A stretch of DNA of 53,519 nt from Thermoplasmata archaeon. GTDB lineage: Archaea > Thermoplasmatota > Thermoplasmata > Lutacidiplasmatales > UBA184. Positions 38,701 through 47,216 of this stretch are shown here, one piece after another. The position numbers and the translations under genes are program-made. A model generated the notes under the pieces. It searched no databases, was not told the DNA's origin, and was given only the letters and a program-made list of their open reading frames with translations. Location: positions 1 to 53,519 of the forward strand of contig JAGWLG010000023.1 of the NCBI GenBank assembly GCA_028864975.1, in the 5' to 3' direction. How positions within the stretch are numbered: position 1 is the first letter of the stretch; each line of letters opens with the position of its first letter.

Positions 38701-39973
38701 TTCGTCCTACAACTCGCCATCGGGCACAGCTCCGACGAACATCCTCGCCGTAACCACGACCTCGGTCGTCGCAACATTCACCTCGGTCCACGGCTCCACG
38801 ACAGCGTACGCAGACTTCTGCTGGTGCATACCGCCGGTCGTCACGCAGTTCGGCCAGAACCTTTGGGGAGGAATCACAGGAGCGGGAAGTGCAATCTGGG
38901 CAGGAATCACGGGAGCTGCTGCTGGTTTCAACCTCTTCCTCAACTGGGCAGTCAGTCAGGCCGTACAGACTCTCGTTGCTGCCTACAACATTGTCAAGGC
39001 GGTAGCGGCCGCGTACGACTCGGGGATGTACGGCTCCTCGAATAACATGATGGCCGCGTATCCCTACACCTTTTCGAGTTCGAACCTGGGCCCCATCAGT
39101 ACTGCCTGGGGGAACACTCTCCCGTTCTATCTCTCAGTTGTCGGGCTCTCCTCTCTTTCAACGACCATCACCCAGGCTCTCCAGGACGCGTTCAGCATCT
39201 TGAGTCCGTTCGAGTCACTGTCTAACCCTCAGAATATCATCCCGCTCATGAATGCCCTGGGAGTGTCTCCGAACGGGTTCAACCTGGCACAGATCCAAGC
39301 CTACTTCTCGGCTCTCCCTGGGGCGTTCTTTGCTCAGAGCATGTTCGCGACCGTGAACGGGTATGCGGGTTTACTGGGTCTTCAGAACAAGGTGGTTAGC
39401 TACCCATCCGGAAGTTCGTTTCCGTCAGAGGCGGATGAAACGTCGTTCGTTTCCGCCAACAACAACATCGCCGGAAATGGGGCATCCGCCAACTTCCTGT
39501 ACGGAAGCATACTGGGATCTGGGACATCGACGACGCCGACGATCTCGGAAATCCTGCGGCTCGGCGCGGCGACCGGAGTCGGGATTTTTGCCGGCTTGGA
39601 ACTTTGGGCAACCTACGTCCAATACAAGCAGTACCTAAACGCTCTAACTTACCCAGAGGTCGAGGAGGCCGCACTGAATCCGGACAAGGTCCTGGGGACC
39701 GTCGCGGATCTCCAAACCAACATCGCCAATGCAGGCCTCGGGCTGACAATCGCAGGCATCGGGCTGACAGCCGAAATCATTACGGCGCTGTTCGAATCAT
39801 CCCACTCGACTCACTCGGCCGAGGTGGAGATTTCTGGCCTGACGCTCATCATGGCGATTGCAGGTGCTGCAGCCGCTATTATTGGCAGTGGAGCTGTCGA
39901 GGTCGTGATCGCTGCGTTGGTCATGCTGCTGATTGCGGCGGTTGGTTTCGCAGTCGTACTGACCAATGCCTGA
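32738..39973 (+). CDS. Giant (2411 aa) surface protein with PKD repeats, degenerate DGDG Ca-binding-like motifs and hydrophobic C-terminal helical region
   Basis: N-terminal signal anchor (TLAFFAILILVTSYF); WNFGDG/WQYGDG/WYWGDG/WAWGDG PKD motifs; VDGDGIPD and AGDGIPD; several C-terminal hydrophobic Gly/Ala-rich helices. Confidence 0.85.
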   Translation: MRTPETSREPKTRDDYYAPGIASVDRRERKRVSPLLRTLAFFAILILVTSYFSGAARAGNSPPGNANDNGLQVTNLQGAVCLNPTCSSLSNNPGHATVGQKLLFTGTIQGGLVYNSQICQQSGTIDPLNGQPNPCIHGIPGDQLFVPGYHIFWFFGEVNNTPNPSQAAALQQNLPVPSSCTAPGNIAGPPNGNGYTPPQCTALTAFSQPYTYNRTGTFEVSTTVYDANFDWVITTTLVTVVAPQFTVNVNSALDTSTPNGTSATQLEEGLPVAFTGSCGPTVAACNDTQLAWNFGDGGVGYGISPTHIYELRGNYVVSLTGTNIQTGAMNRSFYTLNVSNIGAFLSVGQSVRSGINPGLNGPSPVVYNAPAPGPSVVRVNSAPIIVKAGVSLSFCTWSFDFSSIDAQNLTFQWHFSNSSEPYTSGGALALAPHDAAQRCEPQSYHYFYGEQAVLSPEFTTISHTFTCPGWYNVTVDVIDPQGIRARAPPSQMFGTVWYRDTIEVQVVNLTAPPQSLIPTYQVPVGQVALMNASNTLGIPPTSAFYNYTWNAGNLGTTWGDVGRDTSFRAVNKKVALTAQVNSTAIPCCNPHPINVATWTNFTDVRPTVGIDSLFTTASITLTVENPYYYNYLNFTLLENGQNEGWYNMSYFTDFNTVSFKPIDFQMSDHWTIILQYTPYGNTGGSWVDVTYNWANDNSAVDAYDATENPDASDTTSVWFSNSNTSAQNTLPVSVNSAALGEPFTTEVVFFSPAQTNLTETWTMGDGTVYSTSDSASSTPGPTMGTWDLNYAYYAGSNYVFNVTACDDYLYCSGDQITVDQTTSFQANDTAPFVSLEDSAGSLPKSLPGITNTIKATVLNQDNTTGSAMLTWQYGDGVTSMNFSRDADGGIVYGVHAYRYSWSKYLVVVYATSKNGSTSANYTFINIADPPPIANFTFAPSAPVVGAPVSFNGATSESGLLGALGLSFGWQFGDGNFAGGQGVPAEVATDTYSATGSYTAHLTVQNDEGGFAYLSRSVTVTNTPISSPYPYVSNQTNVSADVSTWYNLHIPSGSNFENVPVLNATWYWGDGSYDTYGRSTVHAFLYPGNYNVSVAVTAQYMGVFWAHTMVHVQDGTPTVALGFEFGESYGENHPTNLTAIALGDYADQGKLWHFTWAWGDGSSWLNTTGTLTDSVVHTYSLAGSLSLSVNVSGPYPNVIYPWTKLGAPNATTTIQVLSVPNVDGDGIPDALAASQQVSITTAGPSIPTGQEWGAYSVNGVSEACTWYVGSNCASIPGIGSFSGDASGCGMTNIEQILGTVTGFSTDPLECSQAGDGVSNVGHFITSVYSAPAQVAFTAQNSSVQTIANESIPNVAYGGPVVGFNQSTLTVQLNTTALGQVAVYLYAPGAGSVLLGTPTADATTFTLVQSNPVLGASSQFGISVSDFAPGGTWAVGAVVSSNSPVFPVQGTISAATLRVSYYTNPAVADPTHQGMLTQSTLAVPVFNCSEPTTASFEQFNPSTYTVTTVGYYPYTESYYKLSVLQGVPYVQTTRASNWMWNDNSTCPSSMPVSVMPAEAFYLGDADFGIAPWDAHAAGDNALTNGMKALGATQYTATRGQFLNTNGQMCQVGPTCTGPSNYAGYPADPLASSTNPDALLPLNPSALSTAGDGIPDSQALDPVNPVGLEVTISSATDPYCYILAGALYTPHDIAEVTLATSSGQNEPTMYTPAKSATGGQGCDPVFGINTGENNFNFNFGSSYFFPVSDAAGTYYFNVALWQNQTLTASSPRLTGQTSISLKQSCNVGCTTASLPNGFTGSISVVTIPRAPVLFVNRSGEISNIPGYGYRYIGEQEFDTFAVTVGSNAVAPFSFSSATGRGINIILEPRSDLLNSNFESALTSGSVSSGPQDVANLVSSLGSGCSSVGSMTAATRSPEITSDGSVDTTWTVDLSSTPSCAPSLLYQLMPFNGQGSTYTAGYKGQFVVLSGYQLELLGLTNQSLQLDPFVVPSSYNSPSGTAPTNILAVTTTSVVATFTSVHGSTTAYADFCWCIPPVVTQFGQNLWGGITGAGSAIWAGITGAAAGFNLFLNWAVSQAVQTLVAAYNIVKAVAAAYDSGMYGSSNNMMAAYPYTFSSSNLGPISTAWGNTLPFYLSVVGLSSLSTTITQALQDAFSILSPFESLSNPQNIIPLMNALGVSPNGFNLAQIQAYFSALPGAFFAQSMFATVNGYAGLLGLQNKVVSYPSGSSFPSEADETSFVSANNNIAGNGASANFLYGSILGSGTSTTPTISEILRLGAATGVGIFAGLELWATYVQYKQYLNALTYPEVEEAALNPDKVLGTVADLQTNIANAGLGLTIAGIGLTAEIITALFESSHSTHSAEVEISGLTLIMAIAGAAAAIIGSGAVEVVIAALVMLLIAAVGFAVVLTNA

Positions 39974-40442
39974 TTACCCCCTCAGCACAGTGCCGCAGTT
40001 CCCCGCGAGGTTTGCCGCGGGTGTTGTGCGGTTCGTCCTTCCCATGGAGGGCATGTTTGCGGTCGCGCTCGCTCTCATCATCACGGTCTTGGGACGGTGG
40101 GGTCGCGAGTGGTGGGTGTTCTACGAGGTCGCGCTTCCTCCCCTGGGCTTCCTTCTACTACTCTTCCTGGTTCAGTGGACAGCACGATCCTTTGACCTCG
40201 TCCCCGGAGGGTTTGTCGTCACCGCCCTAGGTGCCCCACCGCGACCCGGATTCCATCGGAAGTTTCAGGTCTCATGGTCACTCGTTGCGCATGTTAGCGT
40301 CACAATGCCTTCGTGGATTCGGACGCGCTCTCGAGGGGGAATTGGACTTACCTTCTTCGTAGCTCAATCGGAGGCCGTCGCGGCCCGCGAAGCCTGGGAG
40401 GCTTGGAAGAGGTCATCGGTAGACGTGCAGAGTGAGGTGTGA
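39966..40442 (+). CDS. Two-TM membrane protein with C-terminal soluble (PH-like?) domain; candidate immunity protein
   Basis: 8-bp overlap with the giant gene's stop, and two TM helices. Confidence 0.6.
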   Translation: MPDYPLSTVPQFPARFAAGVVRFVLPMEGMFAVALALIITVLGRWGREWWVFYEVALPPLGFLLLLFLVQWTARSFDLVPGGFVVTALGAPPRPGFHRKFQVSWSLVAHVSVTMPSWIRTRSRGGIGLTFFVAQSEAVAAREAWEAWKRSSVDVQSEV

Positions 40443-40533
40443 TACGCTAGGAGTGATGCGTGTCAAGGGAGACTCATCGCGCGGTCCGAGGGGTGCTAGC
40501 TCGCCGCCCTTGCTTGCGAGGAAAGAGGTGGAA

Positions 40534-43302
40534 GTGACTCGGACTTGCCATCTGAGCACGCAGCGATTGCGGAGCTGCGCTGCCGTCGCTTGTCTCGTCA
40601 TTGGTCTGGTTGGGCTGAACCTGTCCACTCCTTTCGGGGGCGCAATGCCAACCCGCCCTGCTCCCCTTCCGCGGGAATCGGTTCTTCAGCCTGCTGCCAC
40701 TTCCACTGGGGGAGCGACGTGGATTGCCAACGCCACAGTTGGAAACGATCAGTTTGGCGCTCTCCTTGACTCTGGCAACAGCGAGGTTTATTTCTCAAAC
40801 TTCTTGACGAGCAACATCTCCGCGATTTCGACCACGACGAACCGAGCGGTGGCCGGAATCCCTCTTCCCTCCTACGCCGACCGCATGGCCTACGACCCGA
40901 ACTACGCCGAGGTCTGGGCAAACACCCTTCAAACCCCCTCGCTCCAGGTCATCTCCGACGTCTCCAACCAGGTCGTCGCGAACGTTTCGGTGGGTTGCGC
41001 AGCGTGCCCGTTCACCGTCGACCAGCGAACGGGCAACGTCTATCAGTCCGAGTACGGGACTATGGCCATCGTCTCCCCTGCGGTCGACGCCGTCGTAGAC
41101 ACGTTCCCCGTACCCGCGCAGTCCCCGGGCCCCATAGAGTACGATCCTGTGAACCACAACATCTACACCACGAACACCACGACCGTCAGCATCGTCAATA
41201 CGACCGCGCACCAGGCCGTCGTAAACCTCACCGTGAGCTCTTGGCGGTATCCCATCAACGGCTTGGGCATCGACCCCGTGTCAGGGGATATATTCGTCCT
41301 CCACCAGAGCTGGGACAACGTCACCGTGATCTCGGGGACCTCGAACCGGGTCGTTGCGAACCTTCCTGTAGGAACGTACGCGGGCAAGCCCGCCTTCAAC
41401 GCGACGAGCGGGGATGCCTTCATTCCGAACAGCGGCAGCAAGAACGTCACGATCATCTCAGATTCCTTGCTCTCCGTGATGGCCACGGTGAGCGTGGGTT
41501 CGGCCCCTGGCGCGGCCATCTACAATCCCTGGGACGGCGACATCTACCTCTCCGACGTCACCTCCTACAGCGTGTCAATCTTGTCGGGGGCGACCGGCCG
41601 AGTGCTGCAGAATCTCTCGACCAATCCCAGCTGCGCAGGGGTTCCGAACTGCGGCAACCCCGGGGCCCTCGTGGCAGACCCCACGACGGGCGATGTCTAC
41701 GCCTCGGTCTCCGGGCGCTGGGTCGACGTCATGTCGGGGGCGCCCAACAACCTCCCCGCCATGACGGGGGTCTCAATCTCCCCCTCTTCCTCCTCCCTCC
41801 CCGCCGGAGGAACGACGACGTTCACCGCCACGCCCTCGTGTTCTGGTGGAGTGTGCCCGCCGGGGACGACATTCGCGTGGACGATGAACCGTGCTCTCGG
41901 GACATTCAACGCCAGCACAGGTTCGGTCGTCCAATTCACGGCAGGAGCGACAGCCGGGATAACCTACCTCTTCGTCAACGTGACGTTGAACGGGGTGACA
42001 ACCCAGAGTGTGGCCGTTCCGGTCACCATTTCGTCGACGTCACCCCCCTCAATATCCTCATTCGCGGCCTCGCCCTCGCCCATCGACGTCGGCTGGACCT
42101 CGTACCTCAACGTCTCCGCGTCGGGCGGGACAGGGGCGCTATCTTATGCGTACTCGGGGCTACCTGCGGGCTGCTCCTCGTTGAACGTCTCGAGTCTGAC
42201 GTGCACGCCCACTGTCTCAGGTTCGTTCACGGTGCGCGTCTATGTGAATGACACGGCCGCACACTCAGCGACGACCACTGCCTCCCTGACCGTGAACCCC
42301 TCGTCAGGCGGCCTCACGATCTCGGGTTTCAGCGCGACCCCGTCCGTGGTCTCGCTTGGCTCCATGACCACATTCACGGTCAGCGCCACGGGTGGGACTG
42401 GAGCCCTTTCCTTCACGTACGCAGGCCTCCCCTCGGGCTGTACGACCTCGAACACTGCTTCCCTGGCCTGCACTCCAACAGTCAGGGGGAGCTTCACGGT
42501 CCGCGCGTACGTGAACGACACTGCGGCCCGCAGCGCGACCGCCACGACCCCCTTGATTGTCAACCCCTCGAGCGGCGGGCCGGTCATCTCGGGCTTCTCG
42601 GCGGTGCCGTCCGCCCTGACCCTTGGAGCCTCGACCACCTTCACGATCTCCGCTTCTGGAGGAAGCGGGGCCCTCTCCTACGCCTATGCGGGACTCCCGC
42701 CCGGATGCGGCACGGCCAACTCCGCCACTCTGACTTGTACCCCGAGTTCCACCGGGTCCTTCAGTGCCCGGTCGTACGCCAACGACACGGCCGCGCGCAG
42801 CGCCACAGCAATCACTTCCCTAACGGTGAATCCTTCTTCGACAGTCGTCCTCTCTTCGGTCGCGATCATCCCTGTCGGGGCCAACCTCTCGATCGGCGGG
42901 TCCCAGGCTTTTTCCGTGACTCCCAGCTGCACGGGAGGTCCCTGTCCGTCGGGTGTGGCATACACCTGGACCCTGAGCAGCTCGCTGGGGACCCTGAGCT
43001 CTCAGGCGGGCTCGTCCACGACCTTCACGGCGGGGGGCTCTCCAGGGACTGAGACTCTCACAGTCACGGCGAGCCTGAACGGAGTGTCCAAGACCGCCTC
43101 CGCGGCCATCGTCATCATCGCGCCCGCGGCCCCTCCCCCGACCTTCCTCGGCCTCCCACCCACGGAGGGCTACCTCGTCTTGATTGTGGCCATCGCGGTC
43201 ATGGTAGGAATCTCGGTTGCGGTGGTCCTGGCCCGCAGGCGCTCGCGACAACATTCGTCCTCTCTCGTTGACGAGGAGGGTGTCGCTCCGAGAAGTCGCT
43301 GA
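40534..43302 (+). CDS. YVTN/YncE beta-propeller plus Ig-like repeat surface protein
   Basis: YDPNYAEVW/YDPVNHNIY/VGSAPGAAIYNP repeats; Ig repeats; C-terminal TM followed by RRRSR. Probable GTG start after a GAGGTG RBS. Confidence 0.85.
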   Translation: MTRTCHLSTQRLRSCAAVACLVIGLVGLNLSTPFGGAMPTRPAPLPRESVLQPAATSTGGATWIANATVGNDQFGALLDSGNSEVYFSNFLTSNISAISTTTNRAVAGIPLPSYADRMAYDPNYAEVWANTLQTPSLQVISDVSNQVVANVSVGCAACPFTVDQRTGNVYQSEYGTMAIVSPAVDAVVDTFPVPAQSPGPIEYDPVNHNIYTTNTTTVSIVNTTAHQAVVNLTVSSWRYPINGLGIDPVSGDIFVLHQSWDNVTVISGTSNRVVANLPVGTYAGKPAFNATSGDAFIPNSGSKNVTIISDSLLSVMATVSVGSAPGAAIYNPWDGDIYLSDVTSYSVSILSGATGRVLQNLSTNPSCAGVPNCGNPGALVADPTTGDVYASVSGRWVDVMSGAPNNLPAMTGVSISPSSSSLPAGGTTTFTATPSCSGGVCPPGTTFAWTMNRALGTFNASTGSVVQFTAGATAGITYLFVNVTLNGVTTQSVAVPVTISSTSPPSISSFAASPSPIDVGWTSYLNVSASGGTGALSYAYSGLPAGCSSLNVSSLTCTPTVSGSFTVRVYVNDTAAHSATTTASLTVNPSSGGLTISGFSATPSVVSLGSMTTFTVSATGGTGALSFTYAGLPSGCTTSNTASLACTPTVRGSFTVRAYVNDTAARSATATTPLIVNPSSGGPVISGFSAVPSALTLGASTTFTISASGGSGALSYAYAGLPPGCGTANSATLTCTPSSTGSFSARSYANDTAARSATAITSLTVNPSSTVVLSSVAIIPVGANLSIGGSQAFSVTPSCTGGPCPSGVAYTWTLSSSLGTLSSQAGSSTTFTAGGSPGTETLTVTASLNGVSKTASAAIVIIAPAAPPPTFLGLPPTEGYLVLIVAIAVMVGISVAVVLARRRSRQHSSSLVDEEGVAPRSR
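42043..42843 (+). repeat. Three tandem 267-bp (89-aa) Ig-like repeat units
   Basis: Equivalent positions at 42244, 42511 and 42778 (VNDTAAHSA, VNDTAARSA, ANDTAARSA). Confidence 0.85.
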
Positions 43303-43375
43303 GAATCATCCCCGCGTCGTCCAAGGAACCCTCGCGACTCCCAATGACTGTCCTCAAATCGAAACCGAGCTCGGT

Positions 43376-44767
43376 TCATCGGGGGGGCGGCCGATACCCC
43401 GACGGAGGGCCCGGCTGGCTGACGTACTCGGGTTGTCCCTGTGCGTAGGCCGGCGGAGCTTGGCCGTACGCTGGTGGAGGGGCCCCGTAGGCCGGAGCCG
43501 CGTGTGTGGAAGGGTATGAGGGCGCCGCTGGAGCCTTGCTACGCCTACGACGTCGCAGGACTGCGGCCACCGCAACCACCACGGCCACGGCTGCCACCAG
43601 GAGGGCCACGTAGAGCAAGGGAAGGCTGAACCCGAGGATCGACAGACATCCCGAACACGAGCCGCCTCCCGGACCGCTGCTCGAGGAGCCGGTCCCGACG
43701 TACTTCCAGGTGTTCGTCTGGAAGTATCCCTCGCAAGGATTGTTGGAGCCGAACCCGCCGAACATCAGGGCGTAGCCGTTCGTGACGTCCCAGACCATGT
43801 GAGAGCCCTCTACGTATCCCGGGGTGTTCGCCGAGACGGTGGTCCATGTTCCTCCGTTGAAGGCCCACGTGGTCGTACTGGCACAACCCGTGGCGGCGAC
43901 CCCCCCGTAGGCCACGACGTAGCCGTCCTTCGGGTCGTCACCCAGGAATGAGTTCGGGGGGGGTCCACCACTCGAGGAGATCTCTGTCCAGTGGCCGGCC
44001 TTGAACTCCCACGTATCGTTCGCGTGGTTGGAGCACAATGCACAAAGGACGCCTCCGTTGAGGACGACATATCCATCGGTGCTGTCGTAGACCAGCGATG
44101 GGGCCAACCGTGGAGAGGGAGCAGTGCCGGCGCTGGCCGTGATGTTGGTCCACGCCCCAGCCTTGAAGGTCCAGGTGTCCCCGAGAGGGTTGCGCGGGAA
44201 CGAGCACGATGGATTGTGGCATCCGATCCCCCCGAAGAGGACCACATACCCGTCGGCCGGGTCGTAGGTCATCCCCGCTTCCCATCGCGCGGGAGGAGAG
44301 CTTGAGGGGTGGAGCTGGTTCCACGCTCCCCCCGAAAACGTCCATGAGTAGCTGCAAACGCTCGGGCAGCCGCTCCCCACACCACCGAACAGCAGGGCAT
44401 AGCCGTCCGCGGCATCGTAGGTGAACCCGTAGCTCTCCGTCGGCGGGGGTGAGGCGGAAGAGGAGAGGTTCAGGTCCGTCCAGTTCCCCGCGGAACAGGT
44501 CCAGGTGTCCCCGATGTCCCCACCGCCTCCGGCGTAGGAGTACCCCGAGAACAGGACGGCCTCGTGGTCGCCCGTATCGTAGGCCATGTTGTTGTATTCG
44601 GAGGTCTGCGGATGCCAGCCCCGGGTCATGTTGATCCACACCCCCGTTGGATTCGAGACGGAGGACGGGCGTACCAGGTGCGTTGCGGACGCGGGTTGAA
44701 GTGTTCCCCCTAGCAGTAGAAGGACCGCGAGTCCGAGGCTTGAGGCCCAGGGAACGTGCTTCATCAT
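43376..44767 (-). CDS. Kelch-repeat membrane-anchored protein with Pro/Tyr-rich tail
   Basis: Signal peptide; YDAADGYALLFGG and YDPADGYVVLFGG repeats; TM followed by RRRRR; YGAPPPAYGQ tail. Confidence 0.85.
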   Translation of the reverse strand: MMKHVPWASSLGLAVLLLLGGTLQPASATHLVRPSSVSNPTGVWINMTRGWHPQTSEYNNMAYDTGDHEAVLFSGYSYAGGGGDIGDTWTCSAGNWTDLNLSSSASPPPTESYGFTYDAADGYALLFGGVGSGCPSVCSYSWTFSGGAWNQLHPSSSPPARWEAGMTYDPADGYVVLFGGIGCHNPSCSFPRNPLGDTWTFKAGAWTNITASAGTAPSPRLAPSLVYDSTDGYVVLNGGVLCALCSNHANDTWEFKAGHWTEISSSGGPPPNSFLGDDPKDGYVVAYGGVAATGCASTTTWAFNGGTWTTVSANTPGYVEGSHMVWDVTNGYALMFGGFGSNNPCEGYFQTNTWKYVGTGSSSSGPGGGSCSGCLSILGFSLPLLYVALLVAAVAVVVAVAAVLRRRRRSKAPAAPSYPSTHAAPAYGAPPPAYGQAPPAYAQGQPEYVSQPGPPSGYRPPPR

Positions 44768-44858
44768 GGCGCATGGAGCACACTCGGACCCGAGATATTG
44801 AACCTTCCTCGGCGAAGACGCGCCGGTCGGGCCTCATGGTCATCCATCGCCAGCGAGG

Positions 44859-45737
44859 ATGACCATGATCGCGTCAGACCCAGCCGAGAGCCCGCGCCGC
44901 GCCGCCATCGAGAACTTCGCCGCACCTGACCAGGTCCCCCGGTTCGACCTGGTGCCGGTCTTCGGACCTGACGGTGGGAAGCTCGCCCAGTACCGCGGGG
45001 TCCGCAGGTCGGACACCGGCGCTGTGGTAAGCGTGGTCAGCCATCGCTACGGACTTCTTCCCCATCACCAGGTCGCGGAGGCCGTGCACGCCATCGGCGA
45101 GGCCCTCGACAAGCCCTCCCCGGAGCAAGGGGCACCCGCGTTCCCGCGCGAGAAGATCACCCTCTTCAGCGGCGGCCGACGGATGGAGATCCGCCTGGTC
45201 GTCGGGACGCGCTACGAGCTCGCCCGAGGAGAGACCTGTTATCCGGGCGTCAGGGTCCTCAACAGCTTGGATGGCACCGTCGCTCTCCGATGCGAGGGCG
45301 TCGGAGTCCGGGTCGCCTGCGCAAATCAGTTGGTCGGAGGCCTGGATTCCCTCGTGGAGCTGCGCGAGGTCCACTTGTCGAGCGCGACGGACCTGCTCGG
45401 CATGCTGCAGCGAGCCATCCATGGCATCCTGGACAAGTTCCGCGACGCGACGCGCCTCTACGAGACCGCGATGGGGGAGGAGGTCCTCTCCGGCGACGTG
45501 GAGCCTGCCCTAGTCGCGGCAGGACTCCCGCTTTGTTACGCGTCCGAGATCGGCGCGCGGGCGGAGGTGGCCGCGACGCACAACTCGCTCCTCTCCCGGT
45601 GGTTCGCGTACAACCTCGCGACCTCGGCGATCACCCACGAGATCGCTCCTCGCGTCTCCCCCTCGCGGTCGAGGGAGTTCGAGCGGGCTGCGGCGAGCGC
45701 TCTGCTCCTGCCGGCCCAGGAGGGGCTACATGCCTGA
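44859..45737 (+). CDS. DUF932-family phage/plasmid protein
   Basis: VVSVVSHRYGLLPHHQV; RVLNSLDGTVAL; RVACANQL. Confidence 0.75.
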   Translation: MTMIASDPAESPRRAAIENFAAPDQVPRFDLVPVFGPDGGKLAQYRGVRRSDTGAVVSVVSHRYGLLPHHQVAEAVHAIGEALDKPSPEQGAPAFPREKITLFSGGRRMEIRLVVGTRYELARGETCYPGVRVLNSLDGTVALRCEGVGVRVACANQLVGGLDSLVELREVHLSSATDLLGMLQRAIHGILDKFRDATRLYETAMGEEVLSGDVEPALVAAGLPLCYASEIGARAEVAATHNSLLSRWFAYNLATSAITHEIAPRVSPSRSREFERAAASALLLPAQEGLHA

Positions 45738-45841
45738 GCCGAAGGGCGGGCGCCTGGCCCGGTGGGAGCGGCGGGTCGCTCCGCTCCTCGCCGAGGAGAC
45801 GCGGTGCGCTCATTAGAGCGCACCGCAGGTTCGCTCGAAGC

Positions 45842-46789
45842 TCAGGAAAAGCCGTAGTGGATGGACTCCTCGTACGGCTTGTCGTACAGGTCGAGACACG
45901 TTGCCACGACTTCTAGTCCCTTGGGCGCCCTCGCGAAGTGAGAGGCGTCAAGGGGGTACTCGTCGGCATGTCCTGGCTCCAGGACGGGATTGTAGGGGCT
46001 GGCATGGGTCGGCCACGATGCCTGCCCATCAGAGAACGTCCCCCCGACCTGGACTCTCCGAGCGGGTCCGGGGCCAGCGTTCCGAACTCCGAAGAAGTAC
46101 TGCATGGACCCGAGGAGGGGCTTGTTCGTCCTGAAGAAAGGAACGAGGATGGGGCGGTACTTCGCACGCTCAGTGTTGTCCTTCTCGGCCTGCAGGGCCC
46201 GCCCACATTCCGAGAGTTGGGCTTGGAACATGCTAGCTCGATCGCGTTCACGCCCGAGCTGAGACTCATGCTCTCGTCGGTCGCGAACTGCGGCGTCTTC
46301 CAGCTTCGCCATCTCGCCGCGAAGTCGAGCCTCAAGCTCGCTGCGTTCCTTCAAAGCATTTCGGGCATCGGACTCGCGCTCTTCCTTCGCCCGTTTCATC
46401 TCCTCGTCGAGGGAGGTTAGGGCCGCATCACGAGCGTCCTCGGAGACCCTGGTATCTTCCCGGGCTCGCGAGAGCTCCTGCTCCAACGCCTTGGCCCTTC
46501 CAACGTTCGTGGATTCAAGGCCCCGCAGGTGGTCACCCTCCGCGAGTAGCTTCCGCGACCGCGACATCGATAGAGCCAGGAGCACTGCGAGCAGTAGCGC
46601 GAGCACCGTGGATCCCGCGACCAGACTCGAGGGGGTCGCTTGTACTCCGAGAAGAAGCAACCCTTGGTAGACCGAGTAGGCGATGGCGCCCAGCACCGCG
46701 ATCACGACAGAGAGGTACGTCAGCGGACGCTCTGCCTGCTTGAAAAGCTGAGAAAGCTCACCACCCGTCTCGGGCATCCTGGCGGACAT
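45842..46789 (-). CDS. Two-TM membrane protein with long coiled coil and C-terminal beta domain
   Basis: Two N-terminal TM helices, an E/R-rich heptad region, and a VRNAGPGPARRV Ig-like end. Confidence 0.7.
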   Translation of the reverse strand: MSARMPETGGELSQLFKQAERPLTYLSVVIAVLGAIAYSVYQGLLLLGVQATPSSLVAGSTVLALLLAVLLALSMSRSRKLLAEGDHLRGLESTNVGRAKALEQELSRAREDTRVSEDARDAALTSLDEEMKRAKEERESDARNALKERSELEARLRGEMAKLEDAAVRDRREHESQLGRERDRASMFQAQLSECGRALQAEKDNTERAKYRPILVPFFRTNKPLLGSMQYFFGVRNAGPGPARRVQVGGTFSDGQASWPTHASPYNPVLEPGHADEYPLDASHFARAPKGLEVVATCLDLYDKPYEESIHYGFS

Positions 46790-46810
46790 GCGAATCGCAG
46801 CGGCTCCCCC

Positions 46811-47140
46811 TCATTCTAGCGGAACGAAACGTCCGAAGGCCTGGAAGAGGGGCATGATGTTCAGCATCAACTTGGACACGATGGTGGCGAGATCCGCCTG
46901 AGTCTTCGGATTGAACCCGTCGAGGGTTTTTTGAAGGTGCTTCAGCGCCACTACGGCGGCGGGCATCGAATCGACCATCGCCTGGATCGTCCGGCCCCTG
47001 CTCCCGAACCCGGCCTGAGCGGCGAGCTCATCGAGCATCGCCACGGTATCATGTGGGAGCAGAACCGTGGTCTTCAGGAGCTTCTCGCTTTCAGGGGCGT
47101 CGTCGTCGGAGTCTCCCAGGGTGCGTACTGTCGCGTTCAT
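46811..47140 (-). CDS. Ribbon-helix-helix (CopG-like) regulator
   Basis: KTTVLLPHDTVAMLDELAAQAGFGSRGRTIQAMVD. Divergent from the primase-polymerase gene. Confidence 0.75.
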   Translation of the reverse strand: MNATVRTLGDSDDDAPESEKLLKTTVLLPHDTVAMLDELAAQAGFGSRGRTIQAMVDSMPAAVVALKHLQKTLDGFNPKTQADLATIVSKLMLNIMPLFQAFGRFVPLE

Positions 47141-47149
47141 GGTGGTCAG

Positions 47150-47178
47150 AATATGGCAAAGTTACGGCCATATTAAGG
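47150..47178. promoter_or_regulatory. Inverted repeat overlapping a TATA-like box between RHH and prim-pol
   Basis: AATATGGC-N9-GCCATATT (47150-47174) runs into TATTAAG. Confidence 0.55.
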
Positions 47179-47216
47179 TTGTTGACACCCCCAAGCCTCC
47201 CTCCCGAGGCTCGGAG

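Noticed and set aside
45730-45816. 28-aa ORF overlapping the DUF932 stop
   Set aside because: It is too short and featureless to support, despite the overlap.
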